Source: Candidatus Asgardarchaeum abyssi (lineage in GTDB: Archaea; Asgardarchaeota; Asgardarchaeia; Asgardarchaeales; Asgardarchaeaceae). Taken from it: a stretch of 64,000 nucleotides of DNA. Shown here one piece after another: positions 10,337-20,134 of this stretch; the stretch's first letter is position 1; each line of letters opens with the position of its first letter. The translations under genes and the position numbers were made by a program. The stretch is from positions 39,452 to 103,451 of the forward strand of contig JBECUL010000001.1 of NCBI GenBank assembly GCA_040225955.1. The letters are read 5' to 3'. The notes beneath the pieces are model-generated. The model was not told where the DNA came from, searched no databases, and saw only the letters and a program-made list of their open reading frames with translations.

Positions 10337-11479
10337 ATGGTGAAGGATAATGTGATGGTTGTTGGAGCTGGTGAAGTTGGTAGATTCGCCGTTGAGTATT
10401 TGGCACACTATCCTATCGTGAGAGAACTGATAATAGTAGATATAAATGAAATGCGTGGAAAAATGGTTGCCTACAATGCGGAAATCGCTGCTGCTATTCA
10501 TAAATATTATCCCCGTATAGTATACGAGAAACTTGACATAGCAGATACTGAAAGAGTTGTGGATGTTCTTAGAAAGTATAAACCTAAAGTAATATTGCAT
10601 GTGGCTACTTTATTGTCCTCATTTTACTATCAGCGTCTTGCAAAAGCGTATATTAAAGCGTATAAGCTACCCTATAAATCTCACTTAGCAGGGCATACAT
10701 TTGCAAAAGATTTCTACTTAATCTACAAACTTATGCAAGCTGTGAAGCAGTCAGATATTGATACTAGGGTTGTTAATCTATCATTCCCCGATAATACACA
10801 TATAGCTTTAGGCAAATTAGGATTGGCTCCAACAATAGGTGCTGGAACTATAGACCTAACAGTTCATGGTATTAAAAAACATGTTTCTGAGATGCTAAAT
10901 ATAGAGAAGCATAATGTTAATGTAGTGATGGTAGCGCATCATGCAATTAGGACTCAAGACGCAAAATATGTGCCATTCTACCTGAAAATTGAAAAAATAA
11001 ATGGTGAAGATCTCACAAATAAGTTTGACTTAGTTGAGGTTGTAAATAAAGGAACATACTATACAGGCGTTTGGGGTGGAGGCAATTCACCAATGACAGC
11101 AGCATCTGCAGTTGATAATGTAATAGCTTTATTGAGTGATTCAGGAGTTATAAAACACGCTCCTGGTCCAGCTGGTCTTCCTGGTGGATGGCCAGTAGAG
11201 ATAACATGGGATGAAGTAAAGGTTGTGCTACCTCCAGAAGTATCTATGGAGAAAGCAATGGAAATGAATATTGAGGGTATGAAACTTGATGGTATTGAAC
11301 GCGTTGAGAACGACGGCACTGTTGTTTTCACAAAGGAAACTGTTGAGTATATGGCTACAGCATTAGATATGCACTGGACGAAAGTTAAGCCCGATGAAAC
11401 ACTAGACATGTCAAAAGAACTTATTGAAGCATACCACAAACTTGAAGAAAAATTAAGAAAAGAGGGAATTATAAAATAG
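10337..11479 (+). CDS. Uncharacterised NAD(P)-dependent oxidoreductase (Rossmann; LDH/MDH- or saccharopine dehydrogenase-like)
   Basis: VMVVGAGEVG Rossmann motif, IIVDIN, NLSFPD, HAPGPAGLPGGWPV; ATG at 10337 preceded by GGTGAG. Confidence 0.7.
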   Translation: MVKDNVMVVGAGEVGRFAVEYLAHYPIVRELIIVDINEMRGKMVAYNAEIAAAIHKYYPRIVYEKLDIADTERVVDVLRKYKPKVILHVATLLSSFYYQRLAKAYIKAYKLPYKSHLAGHTFAKDFYLIYKLMQAVKQSDIDTRVVNLSFPDNTHIALGKLGLAPTIGAGTIDLTVHGIKKHVSEMLNIEKHNVNVVMVAHHAIRTQDAKYVPFYLKIEKINGEDLTNKFDLVEVVNKGTYYTGVWGGGNSPMTAASAVDNVIALLSDSGVIKHAPGPAGLPGGWPVEITWDEVKVVLPPEVSMEKAMEMNIEGMKLDGIERVENDGTVVFTKETVEYMATALDMHWTKVKPDETLDMSKELIEAYHKLEEKLRKEGIIK

Positions 11480-11508
11480 ATTCACCTCTCTATTTTTATT
11501 AAATGATG

Positions 11509-11760
11509 TTTATTTTCTACGTTGGTGCAACATTATCGCAATTCCTATTATAGCAATTATTGCAATTCCAGCAGCGACATATATTAAGGGCATAAACTCA
11601 CCTTTAGGTTTTCAACAGAAAAATGATAGTGCATCTTTTATTGTTATCGAATTGTCATAGATATCCGTAGCTATTATATCTACACTAAATTCTCCTATTC
11701 CTGATATAGTAAAGTTGCCTGTTACTATATTATCATCAACAATGGCTTCTGTTTCTACAT
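11509..11760 (-). pseudogene. Remnant of a surface protein C-terminus (Ig-like strands, TM anchor and basic tail)
   Basis: Minus strand reads VTGNFTISGIGEFSVDIIATDIYDNS...* and, separately, MPLIYVAAGIAIIAIIGIAIMLHQRRK*. Confidence 0.5.
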
Positions 11761-11798
11761 AATACCCCAGCTGCTATCAAATCGGATTTTATTTCAGA

Positions 11799-11858
11799 AT
11801 GGGCCTGTGACTTTGATTTCGTCTATAACACTTGCCTTCGCAAGCACGAGAGGCCCAT
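11799..11858. other. Candidate structured RNA/DNA element (8-bp closing stem with internal hairpin)
   Basis: ATGGGCCT (11799-11806) / AGGCCCAT (11851-11858) inverted repeat enclosing CTTGC-CTTC-GCAAG (11831-11844). Confidence 0.35.
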
Positions 11859-11938
11859 GACATATTGCTGCCAAAACTAAACCTTTTTTGATAAGCCTCT
11901 TTGACTAAATCTAAGACAAATTGATGTTCTACAATCTT

Positions 11939-12464
11939 ATGGGTAAGGTTATTAGAGAGGTTTATTATTTCGATGAGCTTGGTGAGCATAATACAGATGA
12001 TGTTATTAATGCCGTAAGAAATGCATTAAAGAAACTAATATAAAGTATTATTCGTTGCAAGCACATCTGGCAAGACGGCCTTAAAATTTGCAGAAGCCCT
12101 AATAATAATTGATAGAATCCCGTACAATTTTTATGATTCAGTTTTAGAATTAGTGAAATGACATGTTCCTATAGTTGAACATGTTGTGGGAGATATCTTG
12201 GCATTTGTGGGAGGTCAGGGATTAAAAGTGGCTGTTGAAATAGTGTTCGTGGCAGTACAAGGTGGCTATATTAAACCAGGTGACGAGGTAATCTCAGTTG
12301 CGGGCTATGGTGGAGGTGCAAATACCGCTATAATAGTAAAAGCTAGTTTTCCAGAAATGTTATTCTCTGCGGATGTAGATAAATGACTTGAGATAAGAGA
12401 AATATTAGCTATGCCCAGAAAGAAGAAGTGGTGGGATTGGGACAAAAGAGCATGCCCTAAATGA
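11939..12464 (+). pseudogene. Pseudogene of pyruvate kinase C-terminal (alpha/beta)-like domain protein
   Basis: MGKVIREVYYFDELGEHNTDDVI, VASTSGKTALK, GQGLKVAVEI, AGYGGGANTA and LEIREILAMP lie in different frames with frameshifts and an in-frame TGA at 12384. Confidence 0.75.
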
Positions 12465-12476
12465 TAAGGAAAGAGG

Positions 12477-13145
12477 TTAGCAATCTCTTCTAATTTTTTC
12501 AAGAAAGCTATTTAACTTTCTATTGAATATTTTCATTAGCACAGGGTATATTACTCGCAAATGAACAGGCAATCCTTTACCACTTGTAACATCTAATACT
12601 AATTTAGGCACATCCTTAGACGTGCCTAAGTCTTCAAGGAAGGTAAAACCTTTCAATAAGTAGTCATCTCTTCCATTCCACTCGTGCACGTCAAATACCT
12701 TATTCAACTTGCTATCAATAGTAGCATCGGCCACTATCCATTTATCTAAGTATACTTCTGCTGCAACATGATAAATTATTCTATCTCCTCTAAATTTCTT
12801 CTTAGATTTTGAAAATAGTAAATTGTTTATCTTCGCTACTGTTTCATCGGAGAATTTCACTTTCCAAGTGTGGAAACGACTTGGGATTCCAATTGATCTA
12901 TATAGAGCAACTTGCAGAATTGCTTTTGATACACATATTAGTGGCTTATTCCTATTTCTCAGTACTTCGGACGCTTTATAAATAGGCGAGGCTCCAAATT
13001 TTAAGTCGCGAATGAAATTAAAAATTCTAATTGCGGCATTAATATTACACGTAGAGCCCTCTATTAATCTTTCTGCAAATCTTCTAATTTCTTGAGTTAT
13101 ATCCACATATTTGGTGGGCTCTAAGTATGATTCCAAAACAATCAC
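12477..13145 (-). CDS. Transglutaminase-like domain protein
   Basis: ICVSKAILQVALYRSIGIPSR, H(V)AAEVY, WIVADAT Cys-His-Asp triad pattern. Confidence 0.85.
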   Translation of the reverse strand: MIVLESYLEPTKYVDITQEIRRFAERLIEGSTCNINAAIRIFNFIRDLKFGASPIYKASEVLRNRNKPLICVSKAILQVALYRSIGIPSRFHTWKVKFSDETVAKINNLLFSKSKKKFRGDRIIYHVAAEVYLDKWIVADATIDSKLNKVFDVHEWNGRDDYLLKGFTFLEDLGTSKDVPKLVLDVTSGKGLPVHLRVIYPVLMKIFNRKLNSFLEKIRRDC

Positions 13146-13182
13146 CGGATTACTATTTTGTTTATACTTACTTTATTTCTCT

Positions 13183-14370
13183 TTATTTTAAGAAATCAGA
13201 TGTTGTAATTATTTCGAGAAGGGCAGCGCTAGACCATGCTTGAAGTGGATTGGCTATTGCACGATGTGCAGCCTTAGTGGGTATAGATAGATCAACAATT
13301 TCATTGCCTACAAATGTATAAAACTCAGGGATTTTATTGAGTTTTTGATAAGCTCGTAGTAAAGCTTGTTTTATCTTCTCAGCTTGCTCATAATAACCAA
13401 GTTCCTGCAATCCCTTATAAATAATCCAATTATCATGAGGCCATATGGAGCCAAGGTGATAACTATAGGGATCAAAGTCTGGAGCTCTTGTAGAATGAGT
13501 TCTTATGCCATAGGGTGTCCATAAATCTTCTTGAAAAAGGCGTTTAACTACATAATCTATTTTGTCTCTATTAACAATTCCAGTAAAGAGAAGATGTCCA
13601 GGATTAGAGGAAGCAACCTTTTTCTGTTTTTTCTCCCCATCAAGGGCTAATGCAAAATATTTCTCCTCATCCATCCAAAAATCTCGATTAAACTTTCTCT
13701 TTAACTCTTCGGCTTTTTTCATAGCCTTTTCTACAATATCATTATTTCTACCAAGTTTCTGAGCAATATAAATTAAGCTTTGATAAGCAGCATAAACGTA
13801 ACCTTGGACTTCAACAATAGCCACAGGAGGCTTAATTTTTAGATGATCCTCAGATCCATCTCGCCATCCTTGATGGAAAAGGCCATGAGTATTCATTCTC
13901 TGATATTCTATGTAACCATCGCCATCTTTATCTCCGTATATAATGATCCAGTTGAAAGCTGCTTGAAGGTTTTCCCATATTTTTGCTATGAAAGCGATAT
14001 CATTAGTATTTTTGAGATATTTTGCTGCTAGAATTATGTAAAGAGGCGTACTATCAATACTTCCGTAATATGGAAATTTCCATTCTGGCATTTCTGCCTG
14101 ATCCTTAGGATTAAATCTATGCTCATGCAAAATTTTTCCAGGTTCTTCTTCAGATTTTAAATCTATGGTCTTCCCCTGGTATTCTGATAATATTTGAAGT
14201 GTGGCTTGAGCTATTGATGGATCTATTCTTAACATTTGCCATGCAGAGATTATAGAATCGCGACCAAAAAGAGTATTATACCTCGGGTATCCAGCATTAA
14301 GATAACCTCTTTGACTCTTTAGTATTCTTATATCACGATAAAGTCTCTGTTTTAGCTCGTCTATTTTCAC
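13183..14370 (-). CDS. Amylo-alpha-1,6-glucosidase (glycogen debranching enzyme, GDE_C-like)
   Basis: AGYPRYNTLFGRDS, EEPGKILHE, YYGSIDSTPL, SSNPGHLL, YHLGSIWPHDN, QAWSS. Confidence 0.9.
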   Translation of the reverse strand: MKIDELKQRLYRDIRILKSQRGYLNAGYPRYNTLFGRDSIISAWQMLRIDPSIAQATLQILSEYQGKTIDLKSEEEPGKILHEHRFNPKDQAEMPEWKFPYYGSIDSTPLYIILAAKYLKNTNDIAFIAKIWENLQAAFNWIIIYGDKDGDGYIEYQRMNTHGLFHQGWRDGSEDHLKIKPPVAIVEVQGYVYAAYQSLIYIAQKLGRNNDIVEKAMKKAEELKRKFNRDFWMDEEKYFALALDGEKKQKKVASSNPGHLLFTGIVNRDKIDYVVKRLFQEDLWTPYGIRTHSTRAPDFDPYSYHLGSIWPHDNWIIYKGLQELGYYEQAEKIKQALLRAYQKLNKIPEFYTFVGNEIVDLSIPTKAAHRAIANPLQAWSSAALLEIITTSDFLK

Positions 14371-14435
14371 GCAGCTCCCTCTTCTTACAATTATTAGTAA
14401 CTATTTTCCATTCTAAAAAGTAGAATAATAAAGGG

Positions 14436-15680
14436 TTATATTGTTTTTAACTCTTTAAATAGTCTTAGGTAATCCTTAAGGTGTCTAGTTATTAAAAAGT
14501 TCTTTTTCACATACTCTATTCCTTTAATTCCCATTTGCCTAGCCTTTTCAGGGTGTTTGAGCAAGTATATTATCTTTTCAGCTGCTTCTTTAATGCTATC
14601 TACAAGGAAGCCATTAACACCATCTATTACTTGTAGAGGAATTCCTCCTGCACGACTACCTACTACTGGAACACCCTTCCATAGAGATTCTGCTACAACT
14701 AAGCCAAAACCCTCACGGATTGATTTTAATAAAGCTACGTCTGTTGCTCTTTGAAACGCATTAACCTCTATGTTGCCAACACCTATTAGATTTGTCAATA
14801 GGTGAATATCATAATCGTTTCCAGCATATCTAGCTGTTTTCTCGTACCAATACCATCCTTCCGGGTCATCAAGTGCCATAGCGGTTATGAGTAAAAGTTG
14901 AGTATCTGGTATTTTCTTCTTCACAATTCTATAAGTGTCTATGACTCCTAGTGGGTCTTTCCATGGATCAAATCTCCCAACTTGAGTTATTATCGGCCTC
15001 TCTGGATCTACATCATACTTTTCCAAGATTGAAATAACTTGACTTTCACTCAGAGGCTTATTTTTATCACTAAGTGGGTCTATTGAGGGGGGGATAATTG
15101 CTATCTTTTTCACCTCTAATCCTTCTTTAACATAATCTTTCAACGTGAATATGGCTGCATCATATAACTTGATATACTTCGACACAAACTTCCAAATGTA
15201 AGGATTTGGAGTTGATGCGTCAATGTGACATCGCCATATCCATTTTGACGTAGATTTACGAGGATAATAACTTATAATAGCGAGTGGCTGAGGGTCATGA
15301 ATTATAACAAAATCATGATCCATTTTCAATTTTTCCGCATTTATCTTACTATTACGTAAATATATTTCCTTTTCCTTTTTAGAAAGAGTAACATTATCAC
15401 CTTGAATGCCATTATGAAGTTTTGTTTTTGTGATCGTAAAAAATTCTAAATCTCCCTCAATTACACCCCAAGACGTATTCAAACCAACGTTTCTCATTAA
15501 AGGGATTAGGCTATGTAGGATTTCAGCAACACCACCTCCGAGCGATGTTGAGTTTACATGAATCACTGAAGATCCACGAAGGTCGTCTGCCATTGACTTT
15601 ATAGTTTCTATTTCTTCCTCACCTACTATATTTCTGTAATCATTTAGTTTATTTCTTCCTATAGGTTCAGCCATTGACAT
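14436..15680 (-). CDS. treT: Trehalose synthase (GT4 glycosyltransferase)
   Basis: HVNSTSLGGGVAEIL, IHDPQP, WRCHID, GRFDPWKD, DDPEG, REGFGL. Confidence 0.92.
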   Translation of the reverse strand: MSMAEPIGRNKLNDYRNIVGEEEIETIKSMADDLRGSSVIHVNSTSLGGGVAEILHSLIPLMRNVGLNTSWGVIEGDLEFFTITKTKLHNGIQGDNVTLSKKEKEIYLRNSKINAEKLKMDHDFVIIHDPQPLAIISYYPRKSTSKWIWRCHIDASTPNPYIWKFVSKYIKLYDAAIFTLKDYVKEGLEVKKIAIIPPSIDPLSDKNKPLSESQVISILEKYDVDPERPIITQVGRFDPWKDPLGVIDTYRIVKKKIPDTQLLLITAMALDDPEGWYWYEKTARYAGNDYDIHLLTNLIGVGNIEVNAFQRATDVALLKSIREGFGLVVAESLWKGVPVVGSRAGGIPLQVIDGVNGFLVDSIKEAAEKIIYLLKHPEKARQMGIKGIEYVKKNFLITRHLKDYLRLFKELKTI

Positions 15681-15757
15681 TCTTCACACCATATTAAGGT
15701 TTACGTTACTCATGGAAGTAAGCTTGTATATTACTGGGAATAATTATTATTTATCAC

Positions 15758-16846
15758 TTACGTGATTGCCCTACTAGTTCTTTTATCAAAAATGTATAAC
15801 TTTTCTTTATTAAATATCATCCAAATTTCCTCTCCGCTCTGAGCCTTGAAGTCTGCTTTCTCTTCAACTTTGAATATCGTATCACCTACTTCTATGTTAA
15901 CTATAGCCTTTCTTCCAAGAGGTTCTATTACGTATACTTTAGCTTTAATACCCCCTTCTACAGGTTTTTTACTTAATGTGATATCCTCTGGTCTAATTCC
16001 AAATACAAGTTCACTGCTTGTAGCATTTTTCTTTATTAGGTCACTGAGATTTGTAACATCAAGCATGAAAAAACCAGTGTCTATGAAAGCCTTTCCTTCC
16101 TTCTCTACAAAACTGCCATCCATAAAGTTCATAGGTGGGCTGCCGATGAAGCCCGCTACAAATAAATTTGCTGGATGTGTATATATTTCTTCTGCAGTTC
16201 CAACTTGTTGCAAACGACCATCATTCAGAAGCGCAATTCGATCAGACATTGTCATGGCCTCTACTTGATCATGAGTAACATATATTGTTGTCACACCTAG
16301 TCTTTTCTGTAATGTTTTTAGCTCTGCTCTCATATAAACTCTTAACTTGGCATCTAAATTACTTAATGGCTCATCCATTAGGAAAACATTTGGTTCTCTT
16401 ACTATGGCTCTACCTAAAGCGACTCTTTGTTGTTGTCCTCCACTCAGCTCCCCAGGTTTACGTTCCAAAAGTTCACTTATTTGTAGCAATTCTGCGACTT
16501 CTCTAACTTTCCTTTCAATTTCATTTCGAGGATACTTACGCATTCTAAGAGGAAATGCTATGTTATCGAATACAGTCATATGCGGGTATAATGCCCAATT
16601 CTGGAAAACCATTGCAATATTTCTATCTCTTGTGGGAACATCATTGACTAGTTCATCCCCTATGTATATATTACCGCTAGTTGGAGTTTCTAGACCAGCA
16701 ATGCATCTTAATGTTGTTGTTTTCCCGCAACCCGACGGACCAAGAAGCACTAAGAACTCCTTATCTTTAATATGTAAATTTATATCTTCTATTGCTCTAA
16801 CCTTTCCAAAATATTTAGTTAAATGTTCAAGAACAACGTCAACCAC
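15758..16846 (-). CDS. malK: Carbohydrate ABC transporter ATP-binding subunit (MalK/MsmK type)
   Basis: GPSGCGKT, LSGGQQQR, MDEPLSNLDAKLR, VTHDQ; GTG start at 16846 after GGAGGT. Confidence 0.93.
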   Translation of the reverse strand: MVDVVLEHLTKYFGKVRAIEDINLHIKDKEFLVLLGPSGCGKTTTLRCIAGLETPTSGNIYIGDELVNDVPTRDRNIAMVFQNWALYPHMTVFDNIAFPLRMRKYPRNEIERKVREVAELLQISELLERKPGELSGGQQQRVALGRAIVREPNVFLMDEPLSNLDAKLRVYMRAELKTLQKRLGVTTIYVTHDQVEAMTMSDRIALLNDGRLQQVGTAEEIYTHPANLFVAGFIGSPPMNFMDGSFVEKEGKAFIDTGFFMLDVTNLSDLIKKNATSSELVFGIRPEDITLSKKPVEGGIKAKVYVIEPLGRKAIVNIEVGDTIFKVEEKADFKAQSGEEIWMIFNKEKLYIFDKRTSRAIT

Positions 16847-16947
16847 AGGTAGACCTCCATTTATTAATGAATTATATATACCATCATACATTAACATTTT
16901 GTAAATTGTATATCTATCTCAAAATCGTATAGTGTATAAATAAAAAT

Positions 16948-17781
16948 TTAACCTTTAATTACCCAGCCCACCATACCTCTAACGTAGTATTTTTGAAGAA
17001 GAGTATAAACTATAACTGGAATTGCCATAACTAATATAGCACCAGCAGATAGCAGATCCCATGGCACATGATGCCTCCCTTTCATCCAAGCGAGGCACTG
17101 AGTAGCAACTAATTTATCAGAAGAATATATGAAAAGGAGAGCGAAAAAGAAATCATTCCAAACCCATGTAAATTGTAAAGCTGCTACTGACAGTAGAGCT
17201 GGCATTGACATCGGAAGAACTATCTTTGCGAAAATCTGAAAATCTGAAGCACCATCTACTTTTGCAGCTTCCTCTATTTCAATAGGGAGTGTAAGAAAGA
17301 AATTTCTTAAGAACAGGATAATCCATGGAAGCCCCCATGCGGTATGAACAAGAATTAATCCAAGGTAAGTATTTACAAGATTAAGTTTTACCATTATTTG
17401 AAAGAGCGGTATAGCGACCATTTGTTGCGGCATTGCCATTATAACTACAATGACAACAAATAAATATGTCTTAATGGGAAAACTGAACCTTGCAAATCCA
17501 TAAGCTGCTAATGCTGCTATAAATATTGGTATTATTGTTGCAAAAGTCGCAATTATGAGCGAATTAGCAAGACCAGTACTTAATGGGAGAGTGGGATGAT
17601 TTAAGACACCTATAAAGTTTTCATATGTTGAATGAAATTCCGAGAAATCCCACCATCCATGTAAAACTTCTCTTATAGGTCTTATTGCCACCATAAAAAT
17701 GCCAACAACTGGTAAAATCCATATTATAGCAATTATCCATGCTATTATATTAGCTACTATTGTAGAAACTTTTATCTTCAT
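16948..17781 (-). CDS. Carbohydrate ABC transporter permease (MalG type)
   Basis: EAA loop IEEAAKVDGAS; about 6 TM. Confidence 0.92.
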   Translation of the reverse strand: MKIKVSTIVANIIAWIIAIIWILPVVGIFMVAIRPIREVLHGWWDFSEFHSTYENFIGVLNHPTLPLSTGLANSLIIATFATIIPIFIAALAAYGFARFSFPIKTYLFVVIVVIMAMPQQMVAIPLFQIMVKLNLVNTYLGLILVHTAWGLPWIILFLRNFFLTLPIEIEEAAKVDGASDFQIFAKIVLPMSMPALLSVAALQFTWVWNDFFFALLFIYSSDKLVATQCLAWMKGRHHVPWDLLSAGAILVMAIPVIVYTLLQKYYVRGMVGWVIKG

Positions 17782-17783
17782 AG

Positions 17784-18674
17784 TCACTTCCTCCCTATTG
17801 CAGTTTTTGCTATCCATATAGCTGGTGGTAATGTTAATAATGTTAGAAGTGTTGCTAAAGCTGCAGCTTGGTTATATTTAAAGTATACAAAGCCCTTAAA
17901 ATACATCAGAAGAGCTAAAACGTTAGAGGACCACCCTGGGCCTCCTAATGTAGCAACATATATGATATCGAATATTTTTAATTCATACAATACAGACATA
18001 ACTATAACAACAAGAGTAGCAGGTTTTAATAAGGGAAGTGTAATATGTATAAATTTCTGAAATGATGATGCACCATCAATTTCAGCTGCTTCGTAATATT
18101 CACGAGGAATCGTAGATAACGCCGCAGAATACACGATCATGCTAAAGCCAGTCCACATCCATACGCCACTAAGGATTGTAGCAATCAAAGCAGTTTCTGG
18201 ATGGGCTACCCATGAAATATCGGCAAGAGCATGTATTCCCATTAGCCTCAGAATAACATTTACTATTCCAATATCTTTGTCGAAAAGAAACACCGCCATT
18301 AATCCACCCACAACCATGGGCATTACCATTCCTAAGAAAATCATAGACTTTACTATTGATGCTCCCTTAACATCTTTTAAAATAATTGCAAAAAAGAGCC
18401 CCAAAAGTACAGATAAGGGAAGATGAATTGCTATCCATACAGCATTATGCACTAATGCTCCCCAGGGAGGCGACATTGTGAGAAATCTATCTGAATTAAT
18501 TATCTCTTTACTTTTTAAAAGTTCTAAATAGTTACGTAATCCTACAAATTCTCCATCTGGTGAGAGAAAACTAAGCCATAACGTTTGAATAACGGGATAT
18601 ATTACAAACACGATAAGAAGAATCATAGCAGGCGTTAAAAAAAATAAAATAGAAGGAAGATTCTTATGTCTCAT
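17784..18674 (-). CDS. Carbohydrate ABC transporter permease (MalF type)
   Basis: YYEAAEIDGAS, FVGLRNY; about 6 TM. Confidence 0.92.
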   Translation of the reverse strand: MRHKNLPSILFFLTPAMILLIVFVIYPVIQTLWLSFLSPDGEFVGLRNYLELLKSKEIINSDRFLTMSPPWGALVHNAVWIAIHLPLSVLLGLFFAIILKDVKGASIVKSMIFLGMVMPMVVGGLMAVFLFDKDIGIVNVILRLMGIHALADISWVAHPETALIATILSGVWMWTGFSMIVYSAALSTIPREYYEAAEIDGASSFQKFIHITLPLLKPATLVVIVMSVLYELKIFDIIYVATLGGPGWSSNVLALLMYFKGFVYFKYNQAAALATLLTLLTLPPAIWIAKTAIGRK

Positions 18675-18697
18675 ACTAACATCACCTGACTGTTTTA

Positions 18698-19909
18698 TTA
18701 AGGTGCTTTTGATTCTATATTTTGTAGTACGGTCTCCCATTCATCTGGATGTACCCATAGATACTTCAATTGATCCCAGAAGTTGGTCTGGAACTCTCCA
18801 CCAATTGTATCATCAAGGTCAGTAACAGCTGTTGCTCCTTCTAGAAGTTGAGCAACTCTCTTATCAACCTCTGGATAATCATCAAGCGACACGCCAAGAT
18901 TTGTAGCTATATGACCTCCTTGTTTTACTTGTATTGTCTGTCCCTCAGCGCTTGAGAGGAACTTAACCAGCTCTTTAGCTTCGTCTGGATGTTCTGTGTA
19001 TTTTGGTATAAAGCAAAAGTCTGGGCAGAAGACAAACGCTTCTGCTCCTGGTAAGGAGAAGACACCTAAATCACTAGCATTTTCTACCATACCAGTTATC
19101 CAACTGCCCATGAAATATAATGCATATTTTCCTGCCCACCAATCTTCTAATATCAAGGTCCAATCTTTAGGTTCACTAAAGTATCCTTCTTGAAGTAATG
19201 GTACTAATCTATTTTTAAAGATGTCTTTAACTTCATCACTTGTCCATGAGACACTACCATTTATAAGGCCTTGGAATAAATCTACACCGCCAAATGTTAA
19301 CAAAAAGTGTTCAGTTACATCTGAGAGAGGCCATCCGACACCGTCTCCACTTGCTATCGGAGCTTCTATACCGTCGATTCCTTTAATTGTCTCTAATAAA
19401 GATACAAATTCATCCCATGTTGTAGGTACTTCAAGATTATGTTCTTTGAAGAAAGATATTCTGTACCAAAATCCTGGTTTAACTTTACCGGTATATGGAG
19501 CCCCATAAATTTTTCCACCAACGGAAACTTGATCTACAATACCAGGCATGAAATCACTCGGATCTATAATATCGCTGATTTCAAGTATGTGGTCAGTATT
19601 ATTCCTTATCCACCATGCCCACATGAAAATTACATCAGCAGGAGCCATTTCGGCTTCAAATTGTGCCGGCAATATTGTTGCTAAATCTTCAGCTCTATAC
19701 ATTTTATATTGTACTTCTATACCAGTTTTCTCGGTAAATGCTTCCAAAACAGGCATAAAGTTTTCCATTTCATCGCCAGACCAAGGACCAATTATAATTA
19801 ATGTTGTTGGTTTTGGTGTTGGTTTGACCATCCAGCCAATTCCAAAACCTATAAGAAGACAGACGATAGCAACAACTATAATCATCGTTTTTGCTTCTTT
19901 AACTGCCAT
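18698..19909 (-). CDS. Carbohydrate ABC transporter substrate-binding protein (alpha-glucoside type)
   Basis: N-terminal anchor, GPWSGDE, VPTTWDE, GWPLSD, FMGSWI; first gene of the ABC operon. Confidence 0.9.
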   Translation of the reverse strand: MAVKEAKTMIIVVAIVCLLIGFGIGWMVKPTPKPTTLIIIGPWSGDEMENFMPVLEAFTEKTGIEVQYKMYRAEDLATILPAQFEAEMAPADVIFMWAWWIRNNTDHILEISDIIDPSDFMPGIVDQVSVGGKIYGAPYTGKVKPGFWYRISFFKEHNLEVPTTWDEFVSLLETIKGIDGIEAPIASGDGVGWPLSDVTEHFLLTFGGVDLFQGLINGSVSWTSDEVKDIFKNRLVPLLQEGYFSEPKDWTLILEDWWAGKYALYFMGSWITGMVENASDLGVFSLPGAEAFVFCPDFCFIPKYTEHPDEAKELVKFLSSAEGQTIQVKQGGHIATNLGVSLDDYPEVDKRVAQLLEGATAVTDLDDTIGGEFQTNFWDQLKYLWVHPDEWETVLQNIESKAP

Positions 19910-20134
19910 TATTTTCCCCCAAAAAATAATTTATTCTGATTTGGTTCTCAAGTTGTATATAATGCTTTCCATAAAAATAATAAAAAAGCTCTAAAAAGTG
20001 CTAAATATTCATAAAAACTATCGTATATAAAATAAAAAATTTTAAAAACCATCGAATGTTTAGCATTAGTTGTCTTATTTATCATAATTAATATCAATTA
20101 TAATCAACAATAATTTAATTAGTTAAAATGATAA

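Noticed and set aside
12384-12386. In-frame TGA as Sec recoding with the 11799 hairpin as SECIS
   Set aside because: The context (DK*LEIREI) does not look like a Cys position, and the gene has other disabling lesions
15752-15767. TrmBL1/TGM-like site TATCAC-N4-GTGATT upstream of treT
   Set aside because: Spacer is 4 rather than 5, one mismatch, and it overlaps the malK stop codon
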